From contig OX597832.1 in NCBI GenBank assembly GCA_951406725.2, positions 56,544,001 through 56,608,000 of the forward strand: a stretch of 64,000 nucleotides of DNA, read 5' to 3'. The DNA comes from Octopus vulgaris. Its lineage: Eukaryota. This document shows positions 1-14,047 of the stretch, in pieces. Made by a program: the position numbers and the translations under genes. The notes under the pieces are model-generated. The model did not search any database and was not told the DNA's origin. It saw nothing but the letters and a program-made list of their open reading frames with translations. Every line of letters starts with the position of its first letter. The first letter of the stretch is position 1.

Positions 1-530
1 CATGCCTTTCCTTCATTGGACACTAAACTCTGCTTGCGAAGACCTGTTGAAGCACGTGAAATCGAAATCAAACTCGTGATTGGCATCTGTTGATAGTGGA
101 GCGCTAAGAGTACCATACGAGTCAGATTGTTGTCAGAGCAACAAGCTGGCCTTCATGCCAATGGCACATTAAACATACCATTTGAGCATGATCATTACCT
201 GCGTCGCCTTACTATCACTTGTGCTGGTGGCATGTGAAAACACATTTGAGCGAGGTCATTGCCAGTGCTGCTGGACTGGCTCCTGTGCAGGTGGCACATA
301 AAAAGCACCATTTGAGCGTGACCGTTGCCAGTATCACCAAACTGGCCCTCATGCCGGTAGCATGTAAAAGCACCCACTACACTCTCTTGGCATTAGGAAG
401 GGCATCCAGCTGTAGAAACTTTGCCAGATCAGATTGGAGTCTGGTTTGCCAAACCTTAGTCAAATCATCCAACTCATGCTAGCATGGAAAGCGGATGTTA
501 AACGATGATGATGATGATGATGATGATGAT
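1..530 (+). mobile_element. RTE 3'UTR/tail fragment
   Basis: ttaggaagggcatccagctgtagaaac...gttaaacgatgatgat tail shared with 11070-11220. Confidence 0.8.
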
Positions 531-635
531 GATATAGGATCATTTCATTATGCTGAACTGTTAATCCATAAACCTTTTTATTTTCTTTCCATTGTTTTCA
601 GTCTTTCTCCATTTTTTCCCTCTCATCTCTTTCTG

Positions 636-671
<36 letters not shown>

Positions 672-1213
672 ATGTGTGTTTGTGTGTCTTTGTCCCCTCC
701 CCATCGCTTGACAACCGATGTTGGTGTGTTCACGTCCCCGTAACTTAGCGGTTCGGCAAAACAGACAGATAGACTGCATACTAGGCTTACAAAGAATAAG
801 TCCTGTGGTCGATTTGTTCGACAAAAGGCAGTGCTCCAGCATAGCCGCCATCAAATGACTGAAACAAATAAAGGAATAGAGCGTCTAGCCAATGAGCTTT
901 AAGTGTCAATTTGACACAGAAAGCAAAATCAATTGATTCCAGGATATCAACCCACCTGTTTGTAGTTTCACAAACAGGAAAAACCATTTTTCTAAATGTA
1001 TTTCCTACATTCTCAGTGCATGTTTACATATAGTCAGAGATAAGTGGTTTGGGGAATTTTATTCTTCTTTCAAGAAAAAGGTTATGTATTGTATCCTGAC
1101 TTTTAGTAATATATATTTTGCATATTTGGATATGTTTGCTAAGCCACTTTATCATTATTTTTTTTAAAGATAATGATAACTTATTTGAATTTTGAATGTA
1201 TATACACACACAC

Positions 1214-1299
<86 letters not shown>

Positions 1300-1361
1300 A
1301 TATGTATGTATATATATATATCTTATCTAAATTAACTATTATTTAACCATCCTCTCGCACC

Positions 1362-1409
1362 GTCTCTGATGAAGGGATATAATAAATATCCTGGAAACAG
1401 TTGTAAGAC
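1362..1409 (+). ncRNA. Minimal hammerhead ribozyme motif
   Basis: gtct-CTGATGA-ag-ggatat-aataa-atatcc-tg-GAAA-cagttg-TA-agac; GUA cleavage triplet and near-palindromic helix III. Confidence 0.6.
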
Positions 1410-1566
1410 ATTCTATCTATAAATGTTCTAAAATCTACTCAGCCTTGGTTTTTTTGTCTCATTACGAAAAAATTTTTTATATATGTATATATATATATAT
1501 ATTTATATATATGTATATTTATATTTATGTATATTTATATATATATATATATACATGAAGGTACTA

Positions 1567-2250
1567 CATCATCTTTTAACGTCCGCTTTCCATGCTAGCA
1601 TGGGTTGGACGGTTCAACTGGGGTCTGGGAAGCCAGGAGGCTGCACCAGGCCCAGTCTGATCTGGCAGTGTTTCTACAGCTGGATGCCCTTCCTAATGTC
1701 AACCACTCCGTGAGTGTAGTGGGTGCTTTTTATGTGCCAGGCGAGGCTGGCATCAGCCACGATTGGTTGGTGCTTTTTATGTGCCACCAGCATGGAGGCC
1801 AGTCAGGGAGGTGCTGGCAACAGCCACATTCGGATGGTTCTTTTACGTGCCACCGGCACTGGCATCACAACTACAATTTCCATTGATTTTTGAGCAATTT
1901 CAATTTCAGTTCCGATTTTACTTGCCTCAACAGGTCTTTGCAAGCAGAGTTTTGTGTCCCAAGAAGGAAAGGTATGCATAGAGGCCATGGGTTATGGCCT
2001 CATTTGTCCTGCTGGGTCTTCTCACGCACAGCATACTTCCAAAGGTCTCGGTCACTAGTCATTGCCTCGGTGAGAACTAATGTTCGAAGGTTGTGCTTCA
2101 CCACCCCATCCCAGGTTTTCCTGGGTCCACCTCTTCCACATGTTCCCTCAACCGCTAGGGTGTGGCACTTTTTCACACAACTATCTTCATCCATTCTCGC
2201 CACATGACCATATCAGCACAATCGTCTCTCTTGCACACTACAGCTGATGC
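1567..2250 (-). mobile_element. RTE LINE 3' fragment (same family as 9562-11220)
   Basis: MARMDEDSCVKKCHTLAVEGTCGRGGPRKTW plus the shared 3'UTR/tail. Confidence 0.88.
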
Positions 2251-3309
2251 TTCTTATATATATATATACATATATATAAAATACATAATGGGACAAGAAC
2301 GCAAAACATCTGGGCAGCTAAGTGATACAAAAAGGGACAACAAAACATCCAAATAAATGATACAAAAAAACAAGGAGGGGTCATTCGAAGCCCTCTATCC
2401 TCAGTCAAGCACCAGATTATCATTGCAATTTCAGCTGATTATTCTTGAGATTGCTCCTATCTGGCCAGCCCCAAGGAAAAACTAAGCTAAGAGCATTAGA
2501 TTCCATATATATATATATATATATACACACACTCACACACATACATATATATATATATACATATACATATATATATATATACACTCACACACACATATAT
2601 GTGCATGTGTGTATAATTATGTATAGATATATGTGTATATATATTTGTGTGTGTGTGTGTGTGTGAGTATATGTGTGTGTGTGTCTGTGTATTATTCCCT
2701 AACCAAAATAGTATTGATAGTCTGAATAATATTGATAGTCAGCTAAGCCATCATCAGACAGTCTGATCAAGGCTTAGCTGTCTGAAACTTCAAAGTCACT
2801 ATCAATAATGTTCTACCAAAAGTATTTTACCAAAAGCATTGAGCAATCCTTCAACTGAATGTAAAATTGTTTTTATCATAACGTAAAAACAAACATTAAT
2901 GTGGTAAGTAGCTTGCTTCCCAACCACATGGTTCTGGGTTCAGTCCCACTGAGTGGCACCTTTGGCAAGTGTCTTCTGCTATAGTATTGTATATATATAT
3001 GAGTTCTCATTCCTAAGGTATTTTTCAATGTTATTATTATTATTATTCTTTTTATTATTATTATTACTATTATTATTATTATTCAGTAGTTTTATTTTTA
3101 TAGCGTGCTTTCACTTCACTACCGAGTGCAGCTCTGTGTGCCTTGGGTATGTGCTGTGATTTGTTGTGATGCTCTGATGGTTATTGTATGGAAAGTGTTC
3201 TGCATAGGATGTGTGCAGTGCCTAGTAGTGCAATATATGTGTTTGTAAGTCCTGGTGTTTTTGTTATGTATTTGTCTGAATATTTTTTTATCATGCCTAA
3301 TGCACCTAC

Positions 3310-3351
<42 letters not shown>

Positions 3352-3354
<3 letters not shown>

Positions 3355-3785
3355 GTTTGACTTTTGCTTTATATTTGTACAAGTTGGCTCCAAGTCTCAC
3401 CCAGAGACCTCAAGAGACAACAGGTTGGAAGTTCACGTTGTTGTTATGCCTAGTGTGCCATATATTTGGTTGTTTTTTGTGTTGTACTAGTGGATGTCAA
3501 AAAAAAAAATGTTTGTTTTAAACCTTGAGATTACATAGAAAGTATTTTGCGTAGGATATGAGCAGTTCCCATGAGCACTATCTTTTGAATTTCTGCCATT
3601 TTCTGAGTTAGGTAGCAATCAGCCCCTTTTGCTATCATTCCCAGGGCACCTATGACAACAGCTATTGTTTTAGTCTTCAGGTTTCACATTTTGCTGATTT
3701 CTATTTCAAGATCTTTATATTTGCTCAGTTTTTGGTAGGTCTTGACAGATACGTTTATATCGATTGGGACAGTCATATCAATTTA
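3352..3785 (-). mobile_element. R4/Dong-like (RLE endonuclease) LINE 3' fragment flanked by (TAA)n
   Basis: Minus strand reads KLSKYKDLEIEISKM*NLKTKTIAVVIGALG...IQKIVLMGTAHILRKIL; TAA microsatellites on both sides. Confidence 0.75.
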
Positions 3786-3934
3786 TTATTATTATTATTT
3801 GTTATGTCGCACGTTCGGAAGACCTCTACTCAACTCGACTCGACTCTTACTACGTCTAGACTTCTCCCTCTATATCTACATATTGGGCTAGCCTACTTCA
3901 TCATCTGGGGGCCTCCACACAACATTATTATTAC

Positions 3935-3987
<53 letters not shown>

Positions 3988-4443
3988 TTACTGCCTGGAA
4001 TCGAACTCAGAATCTTAGGGTTAGTAGCCCGCGCTGTTAACCACTACACCTTATGCCCGAAAAATACCTTAGCAATGAGAACCCAGGTTCGAAATTTCCC
4101 CCAAGACACCTGATGAAGGCTGGAGAGTATATCAGCTGAAACATTGTGTTAACAACAAACAAGATGAGGACAAATATCTGTCAAATGTAAATAATGTACA
4201 TAATTCCTCATGTCTTAAATATAGAACTGTCATAAGAGCCAGTTTCCTGGTTTCCATGGCATATATATTCTCCACGTGAACAGGATGCTGGTGTGTCACA
4301 GGATCATTCATTTTTGTCAGCTGAATGGACTGGAGCAATGTGAAATAAAGTGCTTTGCACAAAAACACATGTCACCCAATCCAGGAATTGAAACCACAGT
4401 CTCACAATCATGAGTCCAACACTCTAACCACTAAGCCATGTCA

Positions 4444-4890
4444 CTTCTTCTTCTTCTTCTTCTTAATCCTTTTTGCCCCTTGTGGAGCATAGGGCCTCAA
4501 CAGTTGTTTTCCACTTTTTGTGGTCATTGGTGTGTTTCTTGGCTGCTTCCCATGTGAGGCCGGTGGTCTGAGCTCGTCCAAAATGCTCCGCTTCCATGTC
4601 TGTTTCGGGCGTCCTCACTTCCTTTTCCCCTGTGGGTTCCAATCAAGTGCTTGTCATGTCACATTTGAGGGTTCTTTCCACAGTGTGTGTCCATCTCCAT
4701 TTCCTTCGTCTAATCTGAACATGTATGGGCTCCTGGTTGGCCCTTTCCCACAGGTCAGTATTTGGCACTCTGTCGAACCACTTCAGATAGAGGATCTGCC
4801 AGAGACATTTCTTGATGAAGGTCTGGATCTTCTTGTAGTTGCTACAGGTGGATCTCCATGTTTCAGAGCCATACAGAAGCACAGATTTTA
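4444..4890 (-). mobile_element. Degenerate RTE/BovB-like LINE 3' fragment (second family, (GAA)n tail)
   Basis: MLLYGSETW...KKIQTFIKKCL...IRRRKWRW; (GAA)n tail at 4444-4464. Confidence 0.8.
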
Positions 4891-6361
4891 CATTTGAACT
4901 AAATAAAGCAGAGTTTAAGCCATGTACCTTGACAGAATTTGAACTCAGATTTCAAACATCTGGACTTAATAGTGGTTTCAAATTTTATTTCTTTAATGCC
5001 CACAAGGGGCTACACACAGAGGGGACAAACAAGGATAGACAAATGGATTAAGTCGATTATATTGACCCCAATGCATAACTAGTACTTATTTAATCGATTC
5101 CAAAAGGATGAAAGGCAAAGTTGACCTCGGTGGAATTTGAACTCAGAATGTAGCGGCAGACAAAATACCTATTTCTTTACTACTCACAAGGTGCTAAACA
5201 CATAGAGGACAAACAAGGATAGACAAATGGATTAAGTTGATTATATTGACTCCAGTGCATTACTGGGACTTATTTAATCGGCCCCGAAAGGATGAAAGGC
5301 AAAGTCGACCTCGGCTGAATTTGAACTCAGAATGTTGCGGCAGACGAAATACTGCTAAGCATTTCGCCAGGTGTGCTAACGTTTCTGCCAGCTCGCCGCC
5401 TTAAATGGTTTCAAATTTTGGCAAAAGGCTGGTGATTCCATGGGAAAGAATAAGTCAATTGCATCATCCGCTAATGTCCAACTGGTACTTATTTTATGAA
5501 TCCTGAAAGGACGAAGTGCCTTGGTGGGATTTGAACTGAGAATGAAAAGACGGATGAAATACTGTCAAGCGTTTTGCCCAGGATGCTAACAGTTTTACGA
5601 GTTCAATGCCCTAGAATCGGTAATCAATGTTGCTAGGCTTTCAATCCAGTGCTGTAGCAACTCCATAGCAATTCTCCCAGTAAACATTGCTGCCAGCTGT
5701 GAGTGTAGTTAAAGGCAAGCTGAGTGTAACTCAACGCCAAAAAGGTTATGACTCACTGCACTTTTAGCTGATCGGTCAATTGTAAATTATCAATTCACAC
5801 ACACACACACACACACACATACACACACACACTCACCACCACCAGCAGCACCACCACCACCACCACTGCCACTGCAAAGCCATCAACAACACTAAATATA
5901 CATTTTCTTATATAAAAATTGATTGACCTAGTTGTTTCAACAATGTATTACAAGATAATTACAGAGCCTCTACTACATGGTCGCTCCATGTGCTAGAAAT
6001 AGTAGTCAAATCTCCCTCAATATGTATACTCAATCATCCTAAAACGAACAAGAATACATGGAATAATGTAGTTCCAGATACAGAGAATTCTATGTTTATT
6101 TATTCACATTATTTTGAATTTATCAAGCGTAGCTCAAAACATTGAAATTTCAATAATGTGATTGCTCTTTTACTCTTTTACTTGATTCAGACATTTGGCT
6201 GCGGCCATGCTGGAGCATCACCTTTTAGTCAAACACAAAGTGACCCCAGGACTTATTCTTTGTAAGCCTAGTACTTATTCTATCGATCTCTTTTGCTGAA
6301 TCGCTAAGTTACAGGGATGTAAACACACCAACATCGGTTGTCAAGCGATGTTGGTGTATTT

Positions 6362-6588
6362 ACATCACCATTATCAACACCTCATCACCACCACCACCAC
6401 CACCACCACCACCACCACCACCACCATCATCCTCAACATCATCATCATCATCATCACCACCACCACCACCACCACCACCACCACCACCACCATCATCCTC
6501 AACATCATCATCATCATCATCACCACCACGACCACCACCACCACCACCACCACCACCACCACCACCACCACCACCACCACCACCACCA
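6362..6588. repeat. (CAC)/(CAT) trinucleotide microsatellite; similar tracts at 8409-8730 and 12972-13074
   Basis: Read directly from the sequence. Confidence 0.95.
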
Positions 6589-7406
6589 TAAACACAGATT
6601 GACACACACACACACACACACACACGATGGGCTTCTTTCAGTTTCTGTCTACCAAATCCACTTACAAGGCTTTGGTCGGCCTGAGGCTGTAGTAGAAGAC
6701 ACTTACTCAAGATGTTATGCAGCGGGACTGAACCTAGAACCATGCAGTTGGTAAGCAAGCTACTTACCACACAGCCATTCCGGTGCCTATAGCAACTCCT
6801 GCACTTAATTGTCTAATTTTTTTTAGAAAGACATTGCAGGGTAGGTGTGAAAGGTCAGATCTGATTGGTTTGGACATAAAACAGAATATATGAGCTGCAT
6901 AAACCTGGTTTAAACCTTTAGCATTCAGATTATTCTGTTAAATGTAAAAAAAAAAAAAAAATCCACTTTGGTCATAAATGACCTGACCACCTCCCCTCAA
7001 AATTGTTGACTTTGTGCCTAGATCATCATCAGCATTACAAGAATGACCATGGGATTGCACCTAGAAAGTTCCCCTCCAAGGCACAAGTCTGGGCAAGGTT
7101 ATTTTACAGAAGACCAGCAGTCACCCATTCATACCAGCCTCCCTTTTCCATACCATTATATGTACATGGGGTAAAGGGTAAAGACCACCTTTGGTCCTGA
7201 ATGTCCATGGGATGTACCTAGAAAATTCCCCTCTGAGGCACAAGTCTGGACAAAGTTGTTTTGTGAAAGATCAGCAGTCGCCCATGCATGCCAGGATCCC
7301 CTCTCCACACCATTATTTGTACACAGGGTAGAGAGTTATTTCAAGCCTTTGCTTTTCCCTTGGATAACATTGGTGGCATACCAGCCCCTACTCTCCATGC
7401 CCCCGA

Positions 7407-7437
<31 letters not shown>

Positions 7438-8555
7438 TTAATGTCTGCTTTCCATGCTAGCATGGCTGGGCGATTTGACTGAGGACTGGTGAACCAGATG
7501 GCTGCACCAGACTCCAATCTGATCTGGCAGAGTTTCTACAACTGGATGCCCTTCCTAACACCAACCACTCTGAGAGTGTAGGGGGTGCTTTTATGTGCCA
7601 CAGGCACGAGGGCCAGTCAAGCAGTACTGGCAACGGCCACGCTCAAGTGGTGTTTTTTACATGCCACCTGCACAGGAGCCAGTCCAGCAGCACTGGCAAT
7701 GACCTCGCTCGAATGTTTTTCCTGTGCCACAGGCACAAGTGCCAGTAAGGCATCACTGGTAACAATCATGTTTGAATGGTGCTTTTTACGTTATCCAAGG
7801 GAAAAGCAAAGGCTGATACAACTTGGCACCAGTGATGTCACAATTCATTTCTACAACTGAGTGATCTGGAGCAACATGAAATAAAGTGTCTTGCTCAAGG
7901 ACACAACACACCGCCTGGTCCAGGAAGTGAACTCACTACCTCATGATTCTGAGCCCGATGTTCTAACCACTGAGCCATGTGCCTTCACTCTGTAAATGTA
8001 ATGCTTATTTATTCACAAAGTTTTGAATTAATCATGCATTATCTCTTAACTACGAAATTTCAATGATGTGACTGTTCATTTTTGAAGGACATTGCAGGAT
8101 AGGTGTGAGAAGCCAGATTGAATCAGTTTGGATGGAAGACATATAAAATTTTTGGTGGGATGGTAGAGTATTGCTAAGGTACATGAGTAGGGAATAGGGA
8201 CTTCACATGAATGCAAAGACTGTGGGGTGGGTAATCCAGTGACTGGTGCTCACCTTGAAATAACTGCAGGCCTAGAAGGTTTCTAGAATTTCATTGAAAG
8301 GACAACGTACATACTTCCCCTGGAGCACACTTCTGCCTCGGCCATAAATAAGTCTGGTCATATTAACACACAGGTGTTAATAGTTCTTGTAGCAACTCTT
8401 AGCCTTTTCATCATCATCATCATCCTCACCACCACCACCACCACCACCACCACCACCATCAATTCCATCATCACCATCACCATCATCTCCATCATCACCA
8501 TCACCACCACACCACACCCATCACCTTCACCACCACCACCACCACCACCACCACC

Positions 8556-8589
<34 letters not shown>

Positions 8590-9531
8590 TCATCATCTTT
8601 ACAACCACCACCACCACCATCATTTCCATCATCACCATCACCATTACTTCCATCATCATCATCTCCACCACATCACACCATCACCACCACCACCATCATT
8701 GTTGTTGTTACCATCACCATCACCACCCTAATCACTTAATATCTGTTTTCCACACTGGCATGGGTCAGACGGTTCGACAGAAGTCGGCAAGTTAGAGGAC
8801 TGTGCCCAGCTCCGATGTCAGCTTTGGCACAGTTTCTACAGCTCGATGCTCCCCTTCATAACACCAGCTGTTTAACAGAATGTACCAGATTTTCTTCACG
8901 TAGGTGCTTTAACGGAAACATACTAAGTTCTGATTCTAGAACAATGAATTAGTCCCCAGCTATGATAACTACTTATATATACTTTGTGATATAACTTCCA
9001 TTTTCTTGGAGACAAGGAGGATGTTGGAACCATGAATCTTTCAATCATTGTCCACAACATTTAATCTACTTATAATGAAAAATATTAACAAATACAATAA
9101 AATACAAGATAAGAAACAGAGAACTGAAAAAGGAAATGGTTTCTTTTTAGAGGTAGGATTGTAAAATAATGACCAACAGAGAACTGTAAAAAGAAATGGT
9201 CTTTTTAGAAGTAGGATTGTAAAATAATGACCATTCTTATAGTTAAGAAATAATCGATTAGCTTGGCCACTATTCTGAGAAAATTACAATTAAGATATTT
9301 CTTTTTTTAATGATAGGAAGAAAGAATAGAAAAATACAGTAAATAATGTGATAAACAAAATCATATTATGAGACAAAAGAGAAGAATGGTTTTCTTCACT
9401 ATTTTCCTTTGGTGTAATGGAATCTCTAATTTTCTCTATGTGAGTGTGTAAGTGTGTGGTGGTGGTGGGGGGTATACACATATTTGTATATATGTATGTA
9501 TATATCTGTGTGTGTGTGTGTATGTGTGTGC

Positions 9532-9561
<30 letters not shown>

Positions 9562-9563
<2 letters not shown>

Positions 9564-11220
9564 CCTCTACGCTGACGACCTTGCTCTAATTGCTGAGTCA
9601 CTATCAGAACTGGAGGAGAAGTTCCAGGTGTGGAAGGAGGGCCTAGAATCGAGGGGCCTTAGAGTCAACCTAGCTAAAACCAAAGTACTAATAAGTAGGA
9701 AGGTAGACAATCCACAAATGTCTTCAGGAAGATGGCCCTGCTCGATCTGTAGAAAAGGTGTAGGTAGAAACTCTATAAGATGTACCCAGTGTAAGCTATG
9801 GACACATAAGAGGTGCAGCAATGTCAAAGGTAGGCTAACTGGGAAGATGGTTTTTGTATGTGGCAGATGCTCGGGAGCATTAACCTCCGAAAATCTGCAG
9901 AAAACAACTTCCGTCACTTTCCAGGGGAAAAAACTAGAAGTAGTTGATAGCTTCCGTTATCTAGGTGACCAAGTCAGTAGTGGGGGTGGGTGCGCTGAAA
10001 GTGTAACTGCTAGAATAAGAATAGCCTGGGCAAAGTTTAGGGAGCTCTTACCTCTGCTGGTGACTAAAGGCTCTCGCTCAGAGTAAAAGGCAGACTGTAT
10101 GATGCATGTGTACGAACAGCCATGCTACATGGCAGTGAAACATGGGCCGTGACTGCTGAGGACATGCGTAAGCTCGTGAGGAACGAAGCCAGTATGCTCC
10201 GATGGATGTGTAATGTCAGTGTACATACTCGACAGAGCATTAGTACCTTGAGAGAAATGTTGTACCTAAGAAGCATCAGTTGTGGTGTGCAAGAGAGACG
10301 ATTGCGCTGGTATGGTCATGTGGCGAGAATGGATGAAGATAGGTGTGTGAGAAAGTGCCAATCCCTAGCAGTTGAGGGAACCCGTGGAAGAGGTAGACCC
10401 AGGAAAACCTGGGACGAGGTGGTGAAGCACGACCTTCGAACTCTAGGCCTCACTGAGGAAATGACCAGCGACCGAGACCTTTGGAAATATGCTGTACGTG
10501 AGAAGACCAGGCAGGACAAGTGAGCCCAGCCCACTTATGAATGCCTTTCCTCCCTTGGACACAAAGACCTGTTGAGGCAAGCGAAGTCGATATAGAACCT
10601 CATCCGACGACAGGCACCCATGCCAACCCCCTTTGCTTGCGAAGACATGTTGGGGCAAGCGAAAGCGAAATCGAAATCGAATTAAACCAGCCAGGATCCC
10701 TGGTCTGGTGGTATGTAAAAAGCACTATCCAACGAGTGGCCGATGCCAGCGCCGCCTCCGCTGGCTTCCGTGCCGGTGACACGTAAAATACACCAATCCG
10801 ACCGTACGACAAGCACCCATGCCAACCCCCTTTGCTTGCAAAGACATGTTGGGGCAAGCGAAATCGAAATCGAATTGAACCAGCCAGGATCCCTGGTCTG
10901 GTGGTACGTAAAAAGCACTATCCGACTCGTGGCCGATACCAGCGCCTCCTCGACTGGCTTCCATGCTGGTGGCACATAAAATACACCAATCCAACCGTAG
11001 CCGTTGCCAGCCTCGCCTGGCACCTGTGCAGGTGGCACGTAAAAAGCACCCACTACACTCACGGAGTGGTTGGCGTTAGGAAGGGCATCCAGCTGTAGAA
11101 ACATTGCCAGATAAGACTGGAGCCTGGTGCAGCCCTCTGGCTTCCCAGATCCCCGGTCGAACCGTCCAACCCATGCTAGCATGGAGAACGGACGTTAAAC
11201 GATGATGATGATGATGATGA
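9562..11220 (+). mobile_element. 5'-truncated RTE-clade LINE (RT C-terminal half, repetitive 3'UTR, (GAT)n tail)
   Basis: LYADDLALIAES...KTK...FRYLG...MLHGSETW...RRLRWYGHV...RGRGRPRKTW; one frameshift near 10071; stop at 10523; 3'UTR with internal duplications. Confidence 0.93.
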
Positions 11221-11525
11221 TATATATATCAACGTGATCAGATGTTGCTACACATCGCTGGTCACGATGTTCTTCACATTGTTTTAGCTTCCAAATGCCA
11301 CCACCCTGCTGGCTAAGCAAGCAGGCCAACAGAAGAGCAAGAGAAAGTTGTGGTGAAAGAGTACAGCAAGGATCGCCACCACCCGCTGCCAGAGCCTCAT
11401 GGAGCTTTAGGTGTTTTTGCTCAATAAACACTCACAATGCCCGGTCTGGGAATCGAAACCGTGATCCTACAACCACGAGTCCGCTGTCCTAACCACTGGG
11501 TCATTCATACATGCATATACATATA

Positions 11526-11561
<36 letters not shown>

Positions 11562-13017
11562 CTACAAAATTAATATAGACAGCAGTGTGCAATGTTTTAC
11601 CAAAAAGGAAAAACTATCATCATCATCATTGTTCGACCGTGGTCGAGACAATGGAATTTACCATGTTGCGCCAGACTTCACGGTCCATCATAGCATTACG
11701 GAGGTCCTGTTGCTGGATGCCTGTATCCCTGGAGATTACATCAGGGTAGGAGAGTGTGCAATGTTTTACCAAAAAGGAAAAACTATAATTGTCCCTAACT
11801 ATAACTGGGGTGTTATATATATTAATATATGCATGTATATATATATATATATATATATAGGTTTGGAGATAATATACAGGTATTTTATATTAGAAGAAAT
11901 GAGGTACTCACAAATTCGGATGGTTTTATATATATATATATATGTTTGTGTGTCTGTGTTTGTCCCCACCAACATCGCTTGACAACCGATGCTGGTGTGT
12001 TTAAGTCCCCGTCATTTAGCAGTTCAGCAAAAGAGATCGATAGGATAAGTATTAGGCTTACAAAGAATAAGTCCGGGAGTCAATTTGCTCAACTAAAGGC
12101 GGTGCCCCAGCATGGCCGCAGTCAAATAACTGAAATGACTGAAACAAATAAAAGAATAAAAGAATATGTATACACACACACACACACATACATGCACAAA
12201 CATACACATTCATATACACACACAAAAACACACACATACATATATGTATATATGTATGTATGTATGTATGTATCATGGATCTCTTCCTAAAAATTTGTGC
12301 TTTCAAAAGAGAAAGAAAACAATTGACAGAACTAATGGTTCTTAGCGCTGTCACTAAAACATTGATGATTGCCAATATTTTATTAGTATTTTTATTGGTT
12401 GATAGCCCAGTCAATAAAATATTGGTAATAGCTTAATTTCAGGTCTATATTTACATGTGATCAGATTGCTTTATTGGGTAGACACACATGGTTAATTCTT
12501 TCGGATATTGCTTAGGGAGAAAATAACCTTTAAATGGACAGTTGTATGTTATAGATATTTTTTTTTTTATTTTGCTTGTTTCAGTCACTGGACCGTGGCC
12601 ATGCTGGGGCATTGTCTTGGAGAGTTTTGTCTCAGATTGACTCCGGTACGTGGATGCTTGTCTTTCTTTTTTTCTAGTGTTTTGTTTGTTTTATTGATCT
12701 CTATTTGATGAACTGTAAACTTACAAGGCATAAATGATGGGTGCCAGTTTTCAAGTCGTGCTGACGTAAAAGCAGACAAAAGGAAAGCTACATATACACA
12801 TACACACAAATACACACATGCACACACACACACACACACAAACATTCCAGAAGTTTTATCATTTAAGCATATAAGAGCATGTCTAGACATGCAACTATAT
12901 GCATGAGAATACATACATACTCACACACATACATACATACATAGATACATAGATACATAGATACATATATACATCATCATCATCATCATCATCATCATCA
13001 CCACCACTACCACCACC

Positions 13018-13074
<57 letters not shown>

Positions 13075-13477
13075 GTTTAATGTCTGCTTTCCTTGCCAGC
13101 ATGGGTTGGACGATTTGACTGCGGACTGGCAAACCAGATGGCTTAGTGTTTAGGGTATACATCTCATGATTGTAAGATCATGAGTTCAATTCCTGGTGAG
13201 GCGTTGTGTCCTTGAGCAAGACACTTTATTTTACATTGCTCCAGTCCACTCAGCTGGCAAAAATGAGTTGTACCAGCAATTCAAAGGGGCCGGCTTTGTC
13301 ACACTTTATGTCGCATTGAATTTCCCTGAAAACTACGTTAAAGGTGTCTGTGGAGTACTCACCCACTTGCATGTTAATTTCATGAACAAACTGTTCCATT
13401 GATTGTATCAGCTGGGACCCTCGTCTTCGTAACCGATGGAGTGCTCCTATATAGACATATATACATACATGCATACA

Positions 13478-13524
<47 letters not shown>

Positions 13525-13939
13525 TCACATATGTATATCCATAAACATTCTCAGTCCAGTCTTTATGACGGCAATGGCTATGATGATGATGATGATGCAA
13601 GCATTGTTAGTTCCAAACTGGTGCCAGAGTTCTGGTCTTAAAAAGTATTTCATCATTATCATCATCATCATCTTCATCATCATCATCGTTTAACGTCCAC
13701 TTTCCATGCTAGCATGGGTTGGACGATTTTGACTGAGGGCTGGCGAACTAGATGGTTGCACCAGTCTCCAATCTTGATTTGGCAGAGTTTCTACAGCTGG
13801 ATGCCCTTCCTAACACCAACCACTCCGAGAGTGTAGTGGGTACTTTTTACATGCCACCGGCACGGGGGCAAGTCAAATCTGGGTACTCATTCCTAAGGTA
13901 TTTTTCGATGTTATTATTATTATTATTATTATTATTATC

Positions 13940-14014
13940 ATGGCATAGTGGTTAAGAGTGCAGGCTACTAACCCCAGGATTCTGAGTTCGATTCCAAGCA
14001 GTGACCTGAATAAT

Positions 14015-14047
<33 letters not shown>

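Noticed and set aside
6338-6770. Poly-His/Thr/Gly/Val ORFs
   Set aside because: Translations of a CAC/CAT microsatellite inside a SINE; no splice or homology support.
8250-8400. Minus-strand exon ending at a GTGAGC donor
   Set aside because: Stop codons in all three frames; similar candidates at about 955-1100 and 2705-2856 also failed.
13940-14010. tRNA gene
   Set aside because: A/B boxes and an anticodon-like arm are present but there is no proper acceptor stem; it is always fused to the same repeat body, so it is a SINE head (same for 54925-55000).
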